A stretch of DNA of 25,704 nt from Methanosarcina sp. Ant1 (GTDB lineage Archaea; Halobacteriota; Methanosarcinia; Methanosarcinales; Methanosarcinaceae), in NCBI GenBank assembly GCA_001714685.2, contig MDTP02000037.1:1-25704 (forward strand), read 5' to 3'. The notes below the pieces were generated by a model. The model searched no databases. It saw nothing but the letters and a program-made list of their open reading frames with translations, and was not told the origin of the DNA. Shown here piece after piece: positions 22,401 through 25,704 of the stretch (positions are counted from its first letter, which is position 1; each line of letters starts with the position of its first letter). Position numbers and translations under genes: made by a program.

Positions 22401-23623
22401 GGTTTCAACTGGCAGCCATGGTCGATTGGTTTCAATCCTTGTTTTAGTGGATCTTGCTCGCGAATTCCTGTTAGGAGCCATGTGTGTAGGCATGTGAAGT
22501 CGTTTCAATCCTTGTTTTAGTGGATCTTGCTCGCGAATAAGGGGCGCAAGGCCCTAAGACAAATCAGGAGATGGTTTCAATCCTTGTTTTAGTGGATCTT
22601 GCTCGCGAATTCTATATCTGGGAAGAATAAAAAATCCTGATAATGTTTCAATCCTTGTTTTAGTGGATCTTGCTCGCGAATAACATTTGACAAAGTGGAA
22701 GACCGAAAACTACAGGTGTTTCAATCCTTGTTTTAGTGGATCTTGCTCGCGAATTATAATTGATAGCCAGCTAACCGGAGATTTAGGGTTTCAATCCTTG
22801 TTTTAGTGGATCTTGCTCGCGAATCTCTTGCTAATCAGCTCTCCAACCAGTACGGAAAAGGTTTCAATCCTTGTTTTAGTGGATCTTGCTCGCGAATATT
22901 AAAATAAGGAGATGACAAAAAAATGCAAACAAGTTTCAATCCTTGTTTTAGTGGATCTTGCTCGCGAATATTGGCTCAACGCCTGGATAATTTGCAATGA
23001 CAGCAGTTTCAATCCTTGTTTTAGTGGATCTTGCTCGCGAATAGCAAAACGACTCCAGTTATAGCGTACATACTGCATGTTTCAATCCTTGTTTTAGTGG
23101 ATCTTGCTCGCGAATGCGAGAGTCGCATTGTCGGGAGTCGCGAAAAACAAGTTTCAATCCTTGTTTTAGTGGATCTTGCTCGCGAATTCGGACTCGTAAT
23201 CATACAGTCAGTATTTCTTAAAAAGTTTCAATCCTTGTTTTAGTGGATCTTGCTCGCGAATGCGGGTTTTTCGCAGGACTCAGACGAGCTGGGATGTTTC
23301 AATCCTTGTTTTAGTGGATCTTGCTCGCGAATCACCATTGTACACTATAGATTGACAAGTCCAATTTTGTTTCAATCCTTGTTTTAGTGGATCTTGCTCG
23401 CGAATAAATGTTCTACGCCGTAGTAGCGGTAACGGACAATAGTTTCAATCCTTGTTTTAGTGGATCTTGCTCGCGAATCATAATCACCAAATGTAAATGG
23501 GTGGATCCAATATTGTTTCAATCCTTGTTTTAGTGGATCTTGCTCGCGAATAAAATTCTGGAACGACGCCCACCCGAATGATAGGAGTTTCAATCCTTGT
23601 TTTAGTGGATCTTGCTCGCGAAT
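19488..23623 (-). CRISPR. CRISPR array 2: 57 x 37-bp repeats (first one degenerate), 56 spacers of 33-44 bp
   Basis: The repeat is gtttcaatccttgttttagtggatcttgctcgcgaat. Its reverse complement is ATTCGCGAGCAAGATCCACTAAAACAAGGATTGAAAC. The repeat at 19488-19524 has 8 mismatches, typical of a trailer end, which places the leader at 23624 onward and transcription on the minus strand. Confidence 0.97.
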
Positions 23624-23800
23624 AGGGCAAAATTTTCCGTTTTTTGGCCAGAAAAGGCACGAAATAAGCCCTTTTTCGGGGCTAAAATTCTTGTTGGAAA
23701 ATTATCAAACCCTTTATAAATACAAGAAAATCAGGGTTTTTGGCGGTTTGGAAACATCTGGACATATGCTTTTCTTTCTATTAAACTTTTCTTTTTAAAA
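23624..23800 (-). promoter_or_regulatory. Leader C of array 2
   Basis: It begins with AGGG like leader B. ttttccgttttttggccagaaaagg (23634-23658) is homologous to 4122-4143 in leader A. A TATA-like tttataaata at 23713-23722 lies about 90 nt from the first repeat. Confidence 0.45.
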
Positions 23801-24006
23801 CTGTTTTAGATGAATTCAAATCCGGATACTTTCGTGCTCATCATATCTCATATATCATTTTCACTCAGGAAAAAATTGGATAGCGGCACTTTGGCCAGAA
23901 ACAAGAAAGTCCTGGTCATTTCCTGATATCTTTCTTGATTCCGGGACAAAAAACCTCCAAAACCTGAAATAGGAGATTCAGATATATTCATTTAGGTGAA
24001 TAATGC

Positions 24007-24576
24007 ATGAAAAAAACTTTCGAGAATGTTTACCAGTTGAAGCTTGCCATGAAAGGCATTACCCCTCAGATCTGGCGGCGAATCCTGGTGCCGGAGAATT
24101 ATACCTTTATGGACCTCCACAATGCTATCCAGGCTGCGATGAATTGGGATGATTACCATTTGCACGAATTCGAAATTCAAAACCCAAAGACCGGGCAGCT
24201 CGACAGAATAGGGACGAAAGGTGACGATTACGAAGATTACGGTGACGGGCCTCTTGTACCGGAAAAGAAAGCTAAACTCTCTGACTATTTCACGATGGAA
24301 AATAAGGCTGCTCTGTACACATACGATTTCGGGGACAACTGGCAGGTAAAAGTTCGGCTTGAAAAAATCCTTCCGAAAACAGAAGGAGTGGAGTATCCGG
24401 TCTGCACTGCGGGAAAAAGGGCAGCCGTCCCCGAGGACAGCGGAGGGATAGGAGGCTATGAAGATCTGCTGGAAATCCTGAAGGACCCTGAAGATGAGGA
24501 ATATGAAGACACCCTGGAATGGATGGGAGAAGATTTTGACCCCGAATACTTTGACCCAAAAGACGTTTCTTTCTGA
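24007..24576 (+). CDS. Plasmid pRiA4b ORF-3-like (PRiA4_ORF3 family) protein
   Basis: 189 aa. The stretch YQLKLAMKGITPQIWRRILVPENYTFMDLHNAIQAAMNWDDYHLHEF matches the family's N-terminal signature as I recall it. Confidence 0.6.
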   Translation: MKKTFENVYQLKLAMKGITPQIWRRILVPENYTFMDLHNAIQAAMNWDDYHLHEFEIQNPKTGQLDRIGTKGDDYEDYGDGPLVPEKKAKLSDYFTMENKAALYTYDFGDNWQVKVRLEKILPKTEGVEYPVCTAGKRAAVPEDSGGIGGYEDLLEILKDPEDEEYEDTLEWMGEDFDPEYFDPKDVSF

Positions 24577-24672
24577 GCTGCAAAAACTTCCTAATTTGTA
24601 AAGATTAGGTTTCGCCTTCTAAAAATCGTCTCCGAAAACTTCAAATTCATAATATTATATAGCGTACTTCTC

Positions 24673-25020
24673 ATGCAAGAAAATAAAGGCCAGAGTAAGG
24701 ACTTCACAGGAACATGGCACATTTATGAGATGGAACTATGGGATGAGGACTATTTCAACATGGAAGTTAAGGCTTATATTAAGATAGAGCCAGACAACAA
24801 CGGGTATTTTCAATTTGGTTTAGTTTGTGGTGAAATAGATGGAAGGATCGTTGATTATGCTGACTGTAAAAGATTTGAATTCACCTGGGAAGGAAATGAT
24901 GAGTGCGACCCTGTCTTTGGTAGTGGTTGGGTCAGGATAAAAGAAAAAGATGTACTTGAAGGCGAGTTTAGATTTCATCATGGAGACAGTACTACCTTTT
25001 CAGCAAGGAAAGTAAAGTAA
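24673..25020 (+). CDS. Hypothetical protein
   Basis: 115-aa ATG ORF with coding-like composition. I recognise no motif. Confidence 0.45.
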   Translation: MQENKGQSKDFTGTWHIYEMELWDEDYFNMEVKAYIKIEPDNNGYFQFGLVCGEIDGRIVDYADCKRFEFTWEGNDECDPVFGSGWVRIKEKDVLEGEFRFHHGDSTTFSARKVK

Positions 25021-25095
25021 AAAATCAAGGCTTTGATAGCTTTGATAGATAACTTCGCATTTGTCTCTTACTCTCAAAATTGTTCGGAAACCGCT

Positions 25096-25704
25096 TTATC
25101 TATTCCTGGAAAGTTTTTTTGCTGTTTCCATATCTCCAAGCTCAGTATATGATTCAGCTTCTGCTCTAAGCATATTTTTTATTATTGATTCATCTGAATG
25201 TGGAAAAATCCGGCGAAAACCCTGGCAGTATTTGATCCTCTTCACATAAAAAGAGGCATCCTTCGTCCCTGGGTTAGCCAATTCCATTTTAAAATCCTGA
25301 CTCCAATTAGAAATACTTTGCGATAGACCTGGAAGGAATTTATCAGCGTCTGTAACAGACGTTATATGAGGAGGAACAATACTTATTATCATGTTCCACG
25401 CTTTTTCCCACTTTTCTATTCCATCCATGTAATTCCGTTTTCCAATATCTTCATAGCCTTCTTGAATTAAATCATCGATCATTTCTACATTGTATTTTTC
25501 TGGTATTATTCGGTTCCATAGTTCTATCATTGCTAACCATATGAAATCTTCATCTTGGTCTTGTGCAACAAAATTCTGGGTGTAATAATGATCTTCTGCT
25601 AACTCAATTGCAGAGATATAATTTTGAGCCTGTTTTTTGAAACGTTCTATTTCGAAATCGACATGCATTGATTCCAATTTTTCAATTATTTCTAAAGTAC
25701 TCAT
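25096..25704 (-). CDS. Hypothetical protein (may extend beyond the window edge)
   Basis: 202-aa ORF whose ATG is the last 3 nt of the window, so the true start could lie upstream. I recognise no motif. Confidence 0.45.
   Translation of the reverse strand: MSTLEIIEKLESMHVDFEIERFKKQAQNYISAIELAEDHYYTQNFVAQDQDEDFIWLAMIELWNRIIPEKYNVEMIDDLIQEGYEDIGKRNYMDGIEKWEKAWNMIISIVPPHITSVTDADKFLPGLSQSISNWSQDFKMELANPGTKDASFYVKRIKYCQGFRRIFPHSDESIIKNMLRAEAESYTELGDMETAKKLSRNR

Noticed and set aside
19750-22787. Outlier spacer lengths in array 2: 44 bp at 19750-19793, 43 bp at 20265-20307 and 33 bp at 22755-22787
   Set aside because: They are real in the sequence but within the normal variability of archaeal arrays. 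No repeat remnant is visible inside the long spacers.
19526-23593. About 15 ORFs of 60-118 aa on both strands inside array 2
   Set aside because: Same artefact. The recurring repeat-derived peptides are VSILVLVDLARE, FNPCFSGSCSRI, REQDPLKQGLK and SRARSTKTRIET.
23992-25249. ORFs 23992..24180(-), 24290..24583(-) and 25061..25249(+)
   Set aside because: They are antisense to, or overlap, the better-supported genes 24007..24576 and 25096..25704. They have no motifs.

Overview
This window looks like an archaeal CRISPR-Cas super-locus, probably from a Methanosarcina-like genome. That guess rests on my recollection of the 37-nt repeat ending ATTGAAAC and is not verified. Layout, left to right:
(1) Two solitary CRISPR-repeat relics (174-208, 697-736), a small YciI-like gene, and an AAA+/DUF4143 ATPase.
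(2) A decayed 'ghost' mini-array (2648-2954). Its leader (2955-4131) is a paralog of the array-1 leader and carries three MITE-like insertions. Each has terminal inverted repeats (TIRs) and a target-site duplication (TSD), and each can be checked against the uninterrupted paralog in this same window.
(3) A minus-strand, translationally coupled type III-B operon: cas6, cmr1, HD-less cas10, cmr3, cmr4, cmr5, cmr6, then a CARF-only protein and a 4-TM membrane protein. A stand-alone reverse transcriptase lies just upstream of cas6.
(4) CRISPR array 1 (14399-16698; 32 repeats, 31 spacers).
(5) Leader B, then a plus-strand adaptation module: cas1 (no canonical start codon for its N-terminal domain), cas2, and a Csa3-like CARF-wHTH regulator.
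(6) CRISPR array 2 (19488-23623; 57 repeats, 56 spacers) with its leader.
(7) Three small genes, one of them PRiA4_ORF3-like.
Both arrays are inferred to be transcribed on the minus strand. The most interesting candidate is the CARF + membrane-protein pair at the end of a signalling-competent, HD-less Cmr operon. It could be a split cOA-gated membrane effector. The cmr1-to-TM block is also much more AT-rich than its flanks. All homology calls are motif recognition by eye; no searches were run.
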